In this document: piece by piece, positions 37,919 to 64,000 of the stretch
Position numbering within the stretch: the first letter of the stretch is position 1
Layout: every line of letters starts with the position of its first letter
Assembly (NCBI GenBank): GCA_051362555.1
Contig: CM120645.1
Span: 13,082,001-13,146,000, forward strand
Reading direction: 5' to 3'
DNA length: 64,000 bases
Origin: Lingula anatina
Taxonomy: Eukaryota; Animalia; Brachiopoda
Made by a program: the position numbers and the translations under genes
The notes under the pieces: generated by a model
The model's database searches: none
Told to the model about the DNA's origin: nothing
The model's input: the letters and a program-made list of their open reading frames with translations, nothing else

Positions 37919-38698
37919 TTTGGTTCAACTTTAATTTCTTTTCTGAAAGAAAATAATATTCAATCTACAGCTTTAAAGAATGCCTTATTGCAGGTAAGAA
38001 ATTGTCTCTGCGTTGCTAAAAATAAACCGCTGGTCGCATTTCTCTCCACTGCGTGGCCTTTTATTTTGGGGGGAGGACTGGGGCAACTATACGAATGAAA
38101 AAAGAAACAATTTTTTTTGGAAATTCTGAGCTTAATTCTCAATTATATCAAAGCTTATCATATTTCTACCAAATCTTTATCTCTCTCATATCGTGGATTA
38201 TATATAAAAAAAATATTTTTGCCTCATTGCAAACTCATCGCACATAAGCCCGATCACCCCCTGAATTTTATTACACTAAGCTCTTTATCGATTAAGCACT
38301 ACTATTGATCCAAAGAGTTTTTATTTACAGAATGGCTGTGTCTACGCGACCGGCTCGATAGATTAAGAAAATCACACGCATAACTTACAGACAAATAAGT
38401 CATGCGCAATGTTAAGTATATTTTTCAATAACTGCAATGCGGGTATTGTGTTATCAAATTATGACTAGTTAATCGCAAAATACGTTTGCGAATGACCATA
38501 TTCTTTGTTGTCAAAACAATAAATAATTGGATAATGATAATAGAAATGGAAATGAATAAAATACGAATGAAGGAATAAGAAATAAAGGCGCCTACCGTCC
38601 CACTATTTTTAAATGGCAGAATTAACAGAATTTACTTTTTAACTCGCGAACTGTAGTTAGAAAGAAAAAATATAGTATGCCGTCATTGGGAGAATATA

Positions 38699-40839
38699 GG
38701 GGAGAGCGGGGTTGGTTGGAACAGTTTTCACCTTTTTTGCGATATCTCAGCAGTCAAAGCTTTGGGGACAAAAATAAAAAATCTGATAGGGGAAAATTAT
38801 ATGCCGCACTCATCTATGAAATAAAACATCAAGTAGGTCTTTTTATTTTAGAGTAATAAATGCTCAAAGTTGCCTCCTAAAACGTTCCATCTCACCCCAC
38901 CCGCGGGGTAAGTTGGAACAGGCAGTGGGGTGAGTTGGAACAAGAGGGCGAGTTGGAACGCTTGCATATAAATTCAAAGTATAATTCATTTTAAGAGTAG
39001 GTTTATCTATATTAATTTCCCAACAAGTGCGTGTTACTTTGTATTCGTATCTCCATAGTTTGTAAGCATTTTTTACGTTTACAATTCGCTTTCAAATAGT
39101 CTTTTCGAGGTACACGTCATTTCATAATGATAACAAAAGTGGTGTAGTTTAAGAGAAAAGAAATTGAACTCACATAACTCAACCTATCAACAACAGTATG
39201 TTAGACCTACAAATGAAAACTGTATCTCTTTCAACTCAACAACTCAGAATCAAAATCGCAGTTCTGACATACTCAGTATGTACACTTGGTCAACCTTAGT
39301 ACAGTCTTCATGTGACCACTTTAGACAAACAATGCATTTAACCCATTTCTCTTTTGGTCGGCTGTTAATGAACGGCTCCCAACAAACCAGAGATGGCCAC
39401 TCTTCTTCTGACTCAGAATCGTTGGTCATCTTTAATTTCCTTTTTCTTGATTTTCTCTATCGACTAGAAATCTTTAACTGTTTTTTTATTTTTGTTGCGC
39501 TTGTCCTTTTTAATTTTGTTGGGCTTGGCCTTTTCTTTTTCGAGTAGCTCATTTTCAGGTATGTCAGTTAGTACTGCACTGCATCGTTTTCTTCTTTTAA
39601 TCTTTGGACTGCGACGGTGAGCCTTTGGAACCGGTCTAATTATTGCTGGACTTGAGCTGTTTTGGGCTTTTCTTAAGTGCGCTTTAGACCCCATTTCCAG
39701 AGATTAGATCGATCTACTTTAGATCGACCTAACTCCCTGGGGGTTCACGCTAAATAGCTGTCAGCCGAGCGGACACCAAAGTTAATTACCCCCTTACAGC
39801 TTGTAGTAGGCGGGACGGACATTTAAGCCGGATTATCTGACAGTAATCTAGTGACAGTAATCTAGATCGATCTAAAAGCCTTAGTGTGCTGTAGCACCTC
39901 TTCCGGTGAGGGCAACTGAGATTTCAACTGAATCTATGCCTAAGTTACGAGGTGAATGTTTGTCTTTTCTGGCGGATTTTGTGCCCTCGTTCACTAAACA
40001 TTAACAGCAACCCCCAACCCATTACACAAAGCATCTAAAACAATATCGGCAGAATTGGTGTTGTATAGTTTATCCATAACATAGGCTCTCAGCTAGAATA
40101 TTTTCATTTTGCCGCGAAAAGCAGAGTAATAATCGACATTTCCTTCCACATCTAAAAGCAATTTATCGCAAAAAGCAACAGTGGGCATGCAGACAATTTT
40201 CGACCAAACAGCTAGCAACTGCATTTAACAAGCAGTGACCATCCCCCCTTGTATCTTCTACACGCATGTACATTCCGGCATCTTGGAGATGTTCTATCAG
40301 CTAGATTTCGTCTCCAGTTGGAGTTGTACTGGGTTACTACGTTACTACTCTCTTCAAAGTTGAAATTAAAACATTTAGAGAGGTTTAAAAAAATGAAAAA
40401 CACCGTGCGGGGTGGGTTGGAACACCCCTGACAGTGTTCCAACTGGCCCCATGTCAAATGTTCCGACCAGCCCCCATGACGTCATGGCCTACTTATGACA
40501 CTGTATTTCTTTAACACGTGGGAGGTGATTAAAAAAACTACAGCTTTTTTAACATAACGGTGGTCCTAAGCGCTATGCACAATTTCAGTGATATAATCCT
40601 TATACTTTAGTTCACAGCACGATGAGTGTCAAAAGTATGAAAACTTACTTCGAGTAGCGAAAATGAGTTTTTTTCGCATAAGACTTTTACTGCATTTTCG
40701 AAACTTCCAAAAGTTTACCGGATGAATGACCATGCCACTTGACATTTTTATGCTGAAGGAGCACATGATCGGTCTTGTAGTTTAAGAAATAAAGCCAATG
40801 TTCCAACTTACCCGCGTTCCAACCCACCCCGCTCTCCCC
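38699..40839 (-). mobile_element. Pogo/Tigger-like DNA transposon, internally deleted, with PHD-like transposase C-terminus
   Basis: TA|ggggagagcggggttggttggaac ... gttccaacccaccccgctctcccc|TA, with subterminal gttggaac repeats. Minus-strand relics: IIRPVPKAHRR...RCSAVLTDIPE and EEWPSLVCWEPF...WVKCIVCLKWSHEDC. Confidence 0.85.
39687..39880 (-). mobile_element. MITE family A, copy 3, nested in the pogo-like element
   Basis: Reverse complement of 1239-1453 with an internal deletion, and TTA on both flanks. Confidence 0.85.
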
Positions 40840-41777
40840 TACGTACTGGGTATATACTAACCCGAACCCCCTCTTTCTCTCTCTCTTAGTTTGGACCCTT
40901 CCTTTGTAAGATTATCAGCATTTGAATTGATATCCATTTTCACCGGTTATTATAAAACTACAACAGTAGTAATGATCTCTTTTTTTTAAACATTTTGACC
41001 AAGTTCATCAACTTACAAACCCTTTATCGGCAAAGGATAATTAAAAGACCATATCATCCATTGCATATTTCTATCATTCAATACTACACAGGCTAAATCT
41101 GTTCAAAATTTTACGGTACAACAATCTTTTTTTTTTCAGTACCCCAAAAGCGACTGAAGAGTAAATTAATAATTGCCCTGGCTGCTAAATAACTTGGTGT
41201 AAAAAAAAAAAAAAAAAAAAAAAGTCGTTTTCCTTACGTGATGAGAATGTCAGCACCCAATGTAGTTATTATTGCAAAATGTTAAAAAATTGGCACCGAA
41301 AATAAAGAAACGTGCCGACACTTACCCTTGGCACTCGTAATGTACTGGCATTTGATTTGAGATGTGCGTTATCAAAACTTTCAGTCAGTGAGTTATTTGT
41401 TGCGCTTGCTATGTATCTGCTGCTTCTGAACATTCAGACCACTATAACTTCGAATAAGGCTAGGCCTTGATCTGGTGTAAAAATACCCCAGAAATGCAAA
41501 ATTCTACAAAAAAAATAATCCTCCAATGGAAACAACGCCTGCTGAAGTCCTAGGCTCAAATGGAGGATATGTAAATATTTTCTTTCAATTAGTCTTTTGA
41601 GTTTTTGACATCCTCATTTATGATGGCGAGTTAGCTAAACCTGATCATGCAGAGCAAAAACACTGAGGAGGGTGGTCCCATCTTTAATGTAAATACATCC
41701 CGAGTTTCACCAAACACATTAACCTCTCCTCTGAATCAATGACATGCTCTGTTGCTGAACTGAAAAAAAAGTTCTAG

Positions 41778-41925
41778 TTACCCTTCAAACTCTGGGTGTA
41801 TAAATGTGACCTTCTGAATTGGAAACGTTTCCAGTAACCCCTCAAACTCAGGGTGTATGTATGTGACCTGAAGTGGAAACATTTCAAGTGACCCCTCAAA
41901 CTCAGGGTGTATAAATGTGACCTTA
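41778..41925 (+). repeat. ~55-bp minisatellite x3
   Basis: ccc(t/c)tcaaactc(t/a)gggtgtat...atgtgacc occurs three times. Confidence 0.8.
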
Positions 41926-42004
41926 TACTAAGATTAACACATTATTTATCAGCAATATTTATAATAATCCAGCCACACCAAGTTATGATTTATAAGTTTC
42001 AAAC

Positions 42005-42010
42005 TTTATT
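42005..42010 (-). promoter_or_regulatory. Candidate polyadenylation signal of the USP gene (~2.1-kb 3' UTR)
   Basis: Plus-strand tttatt reads AATAAA on the minus strand, downstream of the stop at 44088. Confidence 0.35.
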
Positions 42011-44087
42011 TTTCCTTGAAAATTATGTGTTTAAACAACATGAACAGAAATAATGGAACGTACAACAATATGACCAAATACATAAGGTACTAGTTGTAGC
42101 TGTATAGTGTAATACATTGTACTACATTGAATATTATAAATAACACAGGTTACTCTTACCATTTAGTACAAAACCATGCTTGATAGTCTTTCAGTATTTA
42201 AAAATGTTAACATACTGCACTCAGGTTAACTGTTAACAACTGTACAACAAGTTGCATAGGCTCCACACATGCAAATGTAGTCTGTTTAAATATAAATATT
42301 ACGTTACAAATATGTAAAGAAAGGGGGCTCATACAAGAGTGACAGTGTACGTATGTATGTATGTATGTATGTATGTGTGCGGGGGGGGGGGGGGGGGGGG
42401 CTCTATAATAGTAACCACAATGGGCAGTGTTTGGAAAATCGCAAAAGAATGAAAAGAAACACTTTGTTTACACCTAAATAACTCCAAATCAATTTATAGT
42501 ATATAGTATCTCCTCTGCCACAAACACAAAAAAGTACTGTTAATTGCCAGCAACCAACTCACAGCAAGCTATGCATTTTAAAATTCCTTTCATTTCTAAG
42601 ACATAATAATTTGAATACATAAAAATTCATGGGGAATTCAGCATTTTATACACTCCAGACTAATCCACCATTCTCTTGCACAATATACATTTCTGTATGG
42701 TAAATTCAATTCTATTTATCAAAATGAAAACAGCCATTTAAGTTGAAAAATAAAACACTAAAGACGATAGCTTGACAGATTTATAAAATTTCATCTTTGA
42801 ATTTCCAACAAAAGGCATTAAGTGGCATATCATGAATCCTTTAAATTTTGACCACCGGTCAAAAAGAGACCAAGGGTCTCACCTGGGCCTTTTTTAACTC
42901 TGAAATTCATGACAAAGAAAACTGAAAGAGGCTTTTGCAGTTCCAATTTACCCTGTGGTTGTTGCATTTAGGCGGGAAAACTGATACGGTCGAGACCCTG
43001 ATGTGTGCCTGAGGAATAGTTTCAAATCAATGTCAGAAATAAATGGGGATCATCCAAAACTGACAAAAAAATTTTTGTGAGAATCTGCATGAACTGGAAT
43101 TAACTTCTCTAATAAGGGTGAATCACGGTGGATTTTACGATCATTCATGAGACTTTGGGCAATCTAGGGTGTGACTAATCTCCACTTTTCACCTGTGTTC
43201 ACGTACTACTTGACAGCAAGAGTATCTCACCTATAATATATGCAGTAGAAATTAACATTCAGCTGGACCTGAAGACTATGTCAACCACGAAGCCAACAGA
43301 GATCTAACTCAAATGAAAATGTTGTTTTTATAATCGAACATGTTGCTTATGGTGTCAACACTGGTACTACTGCCTTCTGAAAATGGATCCATTCATACAT
43401 GTATCAATGCCATAAATTAACAGATCTCGCTCTTGGAACAACCAGTGTGTGCATAAATATTAATACAGAGTGATATAAAATGCGCGTGATGCATTTCTTA
43501 GGAACACCATCAAAAATTCATAGCAGTGCCTTCGATGATAGCTACCTTGTCCGCCTTAAAATTATAATTGTTAGTTTTAGTATTCGACTCTGCATTCATG
43601 TATCTCAATTGGGAATAATCATTACAATGAAAATAATCCATAAAATTCACAACGGATTATCCTTCAGTTAGTATTGTCTTGTACAGTATGGAATATTCTT
43701 TTCATCTGAAATCTAACCCATTATATAAACTGTAATCCATGTTCTCACATGAACATTTTTTTATCTAATCTGTAATTATGCCTTTATAGAGATGGGAGAT
43801 GACCATGCTTTCCATGGGTGTCTTGCATGTCCATAAAACATCTCCGTGTTACTTGAATCTCCTTTCTTGCACATTTATTTCTTTCTTCCACCACTAAATT
43901 CTTGTCACCATCAATAAATGTATTTTGATTTATATATTATTCATATCTATAACTGCTGTCTCTCTAATTGCTCACACTTTCATTATGGAAGTAAAAAAAT
44001 CTTGGGTCATACATGTAGTGGGCCACGATAAAGCTGTTACCCTCCTTGCAACTACGCAGCTATAACATGTAGCTATAGCAACTGTCT

Positions 44088-57031
<12,944 letters not shown>

Positions 57032-57415
57032 TTCGGAAATCGGGTTTCGGAAATACCGACTATTTCTAACAGGACGTTTGATTGGTTGGGTAAATATGGA
57101 TTGGACTTTGACCTTTCGAATTTTTAACTGTAATCAAAATAAATCTGTGATAAAATTGTTTTATAAAGAACGAATACAGCACTTTAGAATAAATGATTAC
57201 ATAATTTAATCAAACATAACCACAATTCCCTTTTTTATTTTGTCAGGAAGAACTGTCTTGACTAAGGTATTGTATCTGCAACATTGATTGGTGGTTTTGG
57301 TACTACAGCGCCCTCTATTGCAAGGAAAGTAGACTAAACGTAGCAGACATCCAGCATTAGCAATATTAGGTCTCAAGTTTTTTAAAACATTTTTTGCGTT
57401 TGTAAAAAGTGCAAA
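57032..57415. promoter_or_regulatory. Bidirectional promoter, USP15-like / SLC25A20
   Basis: The divergent ATGs are separated by 384 bp. GATTGG (CCAAT) boxes lie at about 57080 and 57285, a YY1-like CCGCCATTT overlaps the USP start, and a CTCF-like cagcgccctctattg lies at about 57306. Confidence 0.75.
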
Positions 57416-60400
57416 ATGTCAGAACACAAAGTAAGCCTGTGGAAAAGCTTCCTTTCTGGAGGGTTTGGTGGAGTTTGCCTTGTTGCAAGCGGTCAGCCGC
57501 TGGATACTATCAAGGTAAAAAGTGCAGTTACTTCTGCTGTAGAATAAAAATATCGCATCTTCACGAGGCCTACAGCCATCGCTGTACATTATACGCATGT
57601 TTCACCGATTCTGTAAAGGTTAAATCTGCAGTCTAATTATAAACATCTTGATATTTACTCTGCAGTGGTACAGTGAGGGCGAACTAACTATTTACAGTTA
57701 TTTTAGACCAAATTACACTTTAAAAAGACAAATCTTAGGATTCTTGTCCAAGTTTAATTTGAAAAGTTTTTTAATTGGTTTAAACATCGGCTTCTTGTTC
57801 ACTCTGTTGGTTATATTAATGAATCACATTATATACCTCAAAATAATTCATTAAATAATGGTTGAAGGTTGAACTAGACAAATATGTGGAGGCAAGTGGA
57901 GGGGGGGGTTAATTGGTGTGTGTGTGTGTGGGGGGGGGGGGGGGGTCCCGCAGACAAATAGTATGTAGCAAGAGGGAGCATGACAACCCTGCATTTTATG
58001 ATTGATTTTCCAAATAAATATTTATGGTAGGTTTGATGACTTATCAGTCTAAGTATCTTTGACAAAACAAAACATCCATTTGAAATTAGTTCTTTTAAAG
58101 TTGAAATATGCAGAAAATCTCATTTGTAGGTGCGACTTCAGACTATGCCTATACCTAAACCAGGTGAGAAACCTATGTACACAGGAGGATGGGATGTGGC
58201 CAAACAAGCTGTAGCAAAAGAGGTGAGATGAGTTCAATATTTGCAATAAGATGCTATAACTTGCTGTAGAATATACTAGTAACCACATAGATAATTCTGT
58301 TGCTAAATATATATCCCTTTTTGTGTCTTAAAAAGCAGTAGTGATTTATAAAAAAAATTAAAAATCTCATGTAATAGTAGAAATAGTAGAGCTGGAAGCT
58401 TTGTAAAAAAAGTATAGCCCTGTGGAAAATTATGACTTTCAGAAAGTTGTATGCAAAGACACTCTTGTAACTGTACTGTATAAAATGAAAACATAACTAT
58501 TGTGTCTCCAGGGTATCCTAGGTCTGTACAAAGGCATGGCAGCTCCTATTGCAGGGGTGACCCCTATGTTTGCCATTTGCTTTTGGGGTTTCAACATGGG
58601 GAAGAAGTTACAGCAGAAGCACCCCCATGATGAAATGACGTAAGTTATGGAGGATTGCCCCATCTAGTTATCCTCTTCCAGGGCCACTGATTGATTTTTT
58701 TCCCGAGATTTTCACAGATGATGTCTCTGGCTTAATATGGTCAATCTCATAATTGTGAAAATGTAGAAAATGTGCCTGTAATATCTGCCGCCCAGGTAGA
58801 GGATAGCGTCTAGTAAAGTTTATGCCTGGTTGATCATTTATGTTGAATGGGTTGTGGGTAGATGTTCTGTGTGAACTTATAATTAAAATTTATCTGTTGG
58901 TTATTTAGGGCCTTTTACCATTAGCTCTTGGTTCATCTGGAAGTAGGTGACTTTTTAATCAGTGGGGACTCTTAATTTTTTTTTAAATTTTTATCCCAGT
59001 AATTTGAAGTGCATTATGATTTTTTTCTGTTATACATTACCATAGAACAGATAGACAAATAAATTCCTTGTATAAAATATTTTATAAATTTTTTTAGAAA
59101 ATGTATACAATATCTGTTCAATTTGATATATAGCAGAGAAAAGACTAAAGAAAATATTTGTCTCGTAGTCCGTTACAGAACTGGAATGCAGGCATGCTGG
59201 CAGGCGTGTGCACAACTGTGATAATGACCCCAGGAGAAAGAATCAAGTGCTTATTGCAGGTGTGTATATTTAATTATCAATTTTCATATACACATATTTT
59301 AACCACTTTGAACCTTATATTTCATTTAATTCTGAAACTGAGAGAGACTACCATGCTCTTTATTTTAGGGCACATTACAATGAAACTTGTTCTAAATAGA
59401 GCCATCCACATCCTGGGGTACTCTTGCTGAATGCAATCAGACTTACATGCCAACATACTCGTATCATCAAGAGCTTTTCTGTATTCTACTTAATGGCAAG
59501 AGGAAGTGTGTTAATCTGTTAATCTGATTGCAGAGTTGGATCGATATATGTAGAACAAAAGTGTCATTGGGAATGAGTCATTAAATCTGTGTTTTGTTTC
59601 CAGATTCAAGAAGGTTCCAAGGAAGTGTCCAAATACAAGGGACCACTGGACTGTGCCAAGCAGCTCTACAAGGAAGGTGGCATTAGAAGTATATATAGGG
59701 GCACTGGGGCTACTTTACTTAGAGGTACAGGGTTCTTTTCTTACTTTAAAATGATTGATAAATTTTGTAGGTCAGGGTAGGCACTCAGGTAAGAGAAAAA
59801 AATAGCCACCTTACAATTTTTTCACAAATTAGTAAGATTATTATTTTTTTGTTAAAGGGTTATATCTATTGTGTCAAATGCTTTTGCAAAATCCAAATAG
59901 ACAGCATCGTCTTTTTTTATCTTCTACAAGTTAAATTCATTACTTGTGTTTGTGAGACTAAAAACTTGTACTCTTCCATAAGATTTTTTTTTGCACTTTC
60001 ATTGAAGATTTGTTTACATAGATTCATTTGCTTACTCATGATCATGAGATATTATTTAACTTTTTAACACTTATTGTATTGCTTGAAGAGAAGTGGAATT
60101 TTGAATCATAAGTTCTGTTCAGTGAGCTTCTTTATTGAATTTGATATATTTATTTAATTAATAAATTAATTAATTATAATCTTTTTGCAGATGTTCCTGC
60201 ATCAGGAATGTATTTCATGTCATATGAATGGCTGAAGAAATCTTTGGCACCAGAGGGAAAACAGTAAGTGTGAAACAAAATTATCTATGGAGCATTGTAT
60301 AAATGCTGTTCTCTTCTTCCAGTGTATAGCATTGAAGTGGTGGTTTTGCATTTATTAATCTTTTTCCAAAGTACTTTTTGTAATGATGATAGTGAGAAGT

Positions 60401-61815
60401 TAAAGTCATAAGTAAGTAATAAGAAAGCCATATACAAGGGTATGGAGTTATTTGAAATGGTGAATCTGTCTCATATACAGAGAATATATATCAGTATGTT
60501 GCAGAAGATATTAACCTATATGTATATGAAGGTCGCATGATTAATCTAAGACCGCATTCACAACGATTTGAGCCAAGCTTTACAAATCCTGAGACTAAAT
60601 ATGGCGGACGTACATGAAAGGAAAACTGCCTAATCTTTTAATAGTCTCTCCGCCTCTCACACGCCTCCCCATGTGTTGTCCCAATGGAGCCGAAATTTAA
60701 TGACTGTACCCCCGCAGGGACGATGCATGGAGAGGCGTGTGAGAGGCGAAGAGACTTTTAAAATATTAGAGGGTTTTTCTTTCATGTACGTCCACCATAT
60801 TTAGTCCCCAGGATTTGTAAAGCCTGGCTCAACTCGTTGTGAATCGATCTAAGAGTGCATTCAGAGCAGTGGATTAATAGATTCTCAGATCAAATATGGC
60901 GACCCACTTAAAAGCTTGTCGCTTGATTCAGGATTAGACACTGAATAGATTTATATTGCAGTCTGCTTTATTTGATCCCTGGTTCTGTTAGTCCCCTGTT
61001 CTGAATGAGAGCAAACATTTCAGGAGTGAACTGAGTGTCCCACGCATTTTATTTGCTGGAGGTATGGCAGGTATATTCAATTGGATGATAGCCATGCCTC
61101 CCGATGTGCTTAAGTCCAGGTTTCAAACAGGTTAGTGCTCAAATATTGTTCTCTGTAGATGGATCCAACTCCGCAAGGACTTTCACTGAAAGCAATCAGT
61201 TTAACAGTCTCTTGAATAACTATATACTCTTTTTACCAATATGGAATGCTTATATGTATCTTGTGCAACTTATAAGCTCTCCTTCTCCCCATTTTAGCTC
61301 CAGAGGGCATGTACAAGGGTGTAGGAGATGTATTAAAGCACTTGATGAAGAATGAAGGCCCATTAGCTCTATACAAAGGTGCAGCCCCAGTGTTTCTCAG
61401 GGCATTCCCAGCTAATGCTGTAAGTGTTGGGGAAACTCCATTTAGATATTGGTTTTTAGTTTTGATAACTGAATAATACTGACCAGTTTGTATCCACAGG
61501 CAGTGGGCTACTTTAGAGGACCCTTCTTGTTACAGTTTTACTTAATATCAAAGTAGAGTATTTATTTTAAAAAATAGTATTACTAGTACATTGTTTGATT
61601 TGACAAGCATTTTTGAGTTGAATATGTGGAGTGTCACTCAAGGGCAGTAAAATTTTAGAACAGCAAAAATGGTGAAATACATAGACAATCCATTAAGTTT
61701 CTTAGTCATAGAATTTTAAACTCAACTTGTTCTTTATTTTACTCTCTTTCAGGCCTGTTTCTTTGGCTATGAAGCATGTCTGAAGTTCCTTAATTGGATA
61801 GCACCAGGTGCATGA
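57416..61815 (+). CDS. SLC25A20: Mitochondrial carnitine/acylcarnitine carrier, 298 aa, 9 exons
   Basis: Exons: 57416-57514, 58130-58222, 58512-58639, 59169-59259, 59604-59724, 60191-60263, 61024-61130, 61298-61419, 61753-61815 (897 nt). Three carrier motifs are present ([30 protein letters not shown]), plus [31 protein letters not shown] and RAFPANAACF. Confidence 0.96.
60550..60849. mobile_element. Foldback MITE (TAA target duplication) in SLC25A20 intron 6
   Basis: TAA|gaccgcattcacaacgatttgagccaagctttacaaatcctg...caggatttgtaaagcctggctcaactcgttgtgaatcgatc|TAA, with ~125-bp imperfect arms. Confidence 0.88.
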
Positions 61816-63446
61816 AAACTCTTAGGTCATTAAGTCCTAGGAAATTGAAAAGTTTAAAGTAGTGTAGTTTAGTATCAACAGACAAAAGACAATATTAGCC
61901 AAAGTTTTTTTCTACTTTTATCTTACAGAAATTGAACTCATTGCTCAGTTGTTAAGTCCAACAATTTTGTCATTACTGTTATTTTAGTGCACTTTGTAGC
62001 AATGCATTTCTTCAAGGTTTGTAGGTGCTGGAAGATCAGAACAGTATTCAAAATATGCACATTAACAAATCAATGAGATAACATGAAGACAATAATAATT
62101 ATAATTTGTTCGTTTTATTTCACTTCACTTGGGTGCAAAACTATGCCATAGAGAATGAATATCACAACCATGTATAAATGATTCAGAATTGATCTAAGAG
62201 ATAATTAATACCTGTTTTACTATTATGCATTAAATGAAGGGAGGAAAATTCAGAATATTGCTTACAAGTAATTTGAAAGATACCTTTAAAATTGTAATTA
62301 AGGTTGATGAATGTTATTCAAGTTTTGTTTTTACGTTGTCTGTTATGATTTTTTTCTGGAAACAAAGCGCTACAGTGACTGCATCAAATGACCACATTAA
62401 TTTTAAAGGTGTTATGAAACTATGCATTTTCACTAAATCAGTTGGTTGACAGGTAGAGATTCACTTTGAGGGGAGCAGGTAGAAGGAATGGGGGATATAT
62501 CAAGTTTAAAAAAATGTGTGCAATTTATTAGCTAAACTGCATTAGAAAAGTAGTAGATTTGCACAAGTAAAAGCAAAATTATTATGAGAAAAAGAGATTT
62601 CATAACCTTATGTTGTGCTCAGGGTTCTGAGAGTTGTGTATGTAAGTATTTTTTCTACTATGGCCTGTTTCACAAATAAAAGTCTTTAATATTTGATCTT
62701 GGCTTAGAATACTAAAACCAGATAGTGGACCACATAAATTTGACTGCTATAGTAATCTTAGAACTTTTTATAACGATTGCCAACAAAAAATGTAGTTGAC
62801 AGAGTTTATTACGCAGCAATTGACTTGGTTCAATGTCTGGGAAAAAAAGCTTTGCAGGGGTTAAGGCTTCTTGTGAAATTTAGCTTAGTTGGCTAAAATT
62901 CTAAGCAGACTTTGCTATGATTGATCATTTTGTGGGACAGGACCTGCACTCCACCGCGAGTCTAAATGTTCCTGTATGGCCTCAATACCCTAAGATAATA
63001 AGGAAAATGCTTTAAAATATTGCTTCACTACAACAAGGGAATGGGCTCGGTAAAAATTTTGGTTTAAGATGTAGTTATTTGACAGTGACTAAACACATAC
63101 CAACTCAGATCTAGCATGATATAGTTAGTATTTTCAACTGTAACACCTAAGAAGTTTATAAAATCATACTCAGTCTTGGGGGATTTTTGTATATGCCATT
63201 ACCTATGCGGCCAGTTTTTAAGACATAAATAAAACTTATCTGTTAAATATTTTAATAATTAAAATTCAGTAAAATAAATTCCAAATATATTTTTGTTGCA
63301 GGTTAGGGTCACATGGTCTTACTTTATGATAATAAAATTTGATGATATTTTATGTTTTGCATCTTGCATTTTATTTCATGACCAAAAAATCTCATTTTAT
63401 GCAATCACCTAGAAGTCAAATAGAAAAATTTATGTTGTTCCACAAG

Positions 63447-64000
63447 TTTTTATGTACAGACACAGATGTGTCTGTACATATAGCCATCATCTGCGTCTGT
63501 CGTCGCCGTCGCCGTCGTCGCTGTCGTCGCCGCCGTCGCCGTCGCCGTGCACTTTTACCGATAACACGATAAGTGGAAAACCATTTTACCTTTTGACTTG
63601 AAACTTGCAGAACTGATGAATATTCATAATACGCAGGTCAAGTTCGAAAATCAGCATGATCGGGTCACTTTTAGGGAATTTATGCTGTTTTTTCACTTTT
63701 TTCAGCATATATGCAGCACCGATAACACGATAAGTGGAAAACCATTTTACCTTTTGACTTGAAACTTACAGAACTGATGAATATTCATAATACGCAGGTC
63801 AAGTTCGAAAATCAGCATGATCGGGTCACTTTTAGGGAATTTATGCTGTTTTTTCACTTTTTTCAGCATATATGCAGCACCGATAACACGATAAGTGGAA
63901 AACCATTTTACCTTTTGACTTGAAACTTACAGAACTGATGAATATTCATAATACGCAGGTCAAGTTCGAAAATCAGCATGATCGGGTCACTTTTAGGGAA
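63447..64000 (+). mobile_element. HINE-like element with internal 161-bp tandem array (runs off the window)
   Basis: T-tract, hairpin tgtacagacacagatgtgtctgtaca, (CGCCGT/CGT)n, then near-identical 161-bp units starting at 63557, 63718 and 63879. Confidence 0.8.

Noticed and set aside
57490-57514. Gln instead of His in the first carrier motif (GQPLDTIK)
   Set aside because: A conservative change seen in related carriers. All other SLC25A20 signatures are intact, so there is no case for a new function.
63339-63572. Arg-rich protamine-like ORF
   Set aside because: It is the translation of the (CGCCGT)n microsatellite in the HINE-like element.

Overview
This is AT-rich, intron-containing animal genomic DNA. 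The repeat content suggests a lophotrochozoan, probably a mollusc (inference only). Four multi-exon genes were reconstructed by hand with consistent GT-AG boundaries and reading phase: an ornithine-decarboxylase-family gene (minus, 4 exons, 434 aa) with non-canonical substrate-site residues; an SSUH2 homologue (minus, 11 coding exons, 454 aa) with a (GYGGPPPGQ)x5 N-terminus; a USP4/15/11-family deubiquitinase (minus, 22 exons, 953 aa); and, head-to-head with it, the mitochondrial carnitine/acylcarnitine carrier SLC25A20 (plus, 9 exons, 298 aa). An uninterrupted 319-aa coiled-coil/transmembrane ORF I do not recognise lies at 20777-21736. The first 20 kb is a mosaic of transposon relics (Tc1, mariner, Harbinger-like, Kolobok-like, CR1, many MITEs) and local duplications. 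Those duplications carry four copies of an apparent TATA/initiator/short-exon/splice-donor cassette pointing at that ORF. No rRNA, intact tRNA or CRISPR array was found. All calls come from reading the sequence; no database searches were run.
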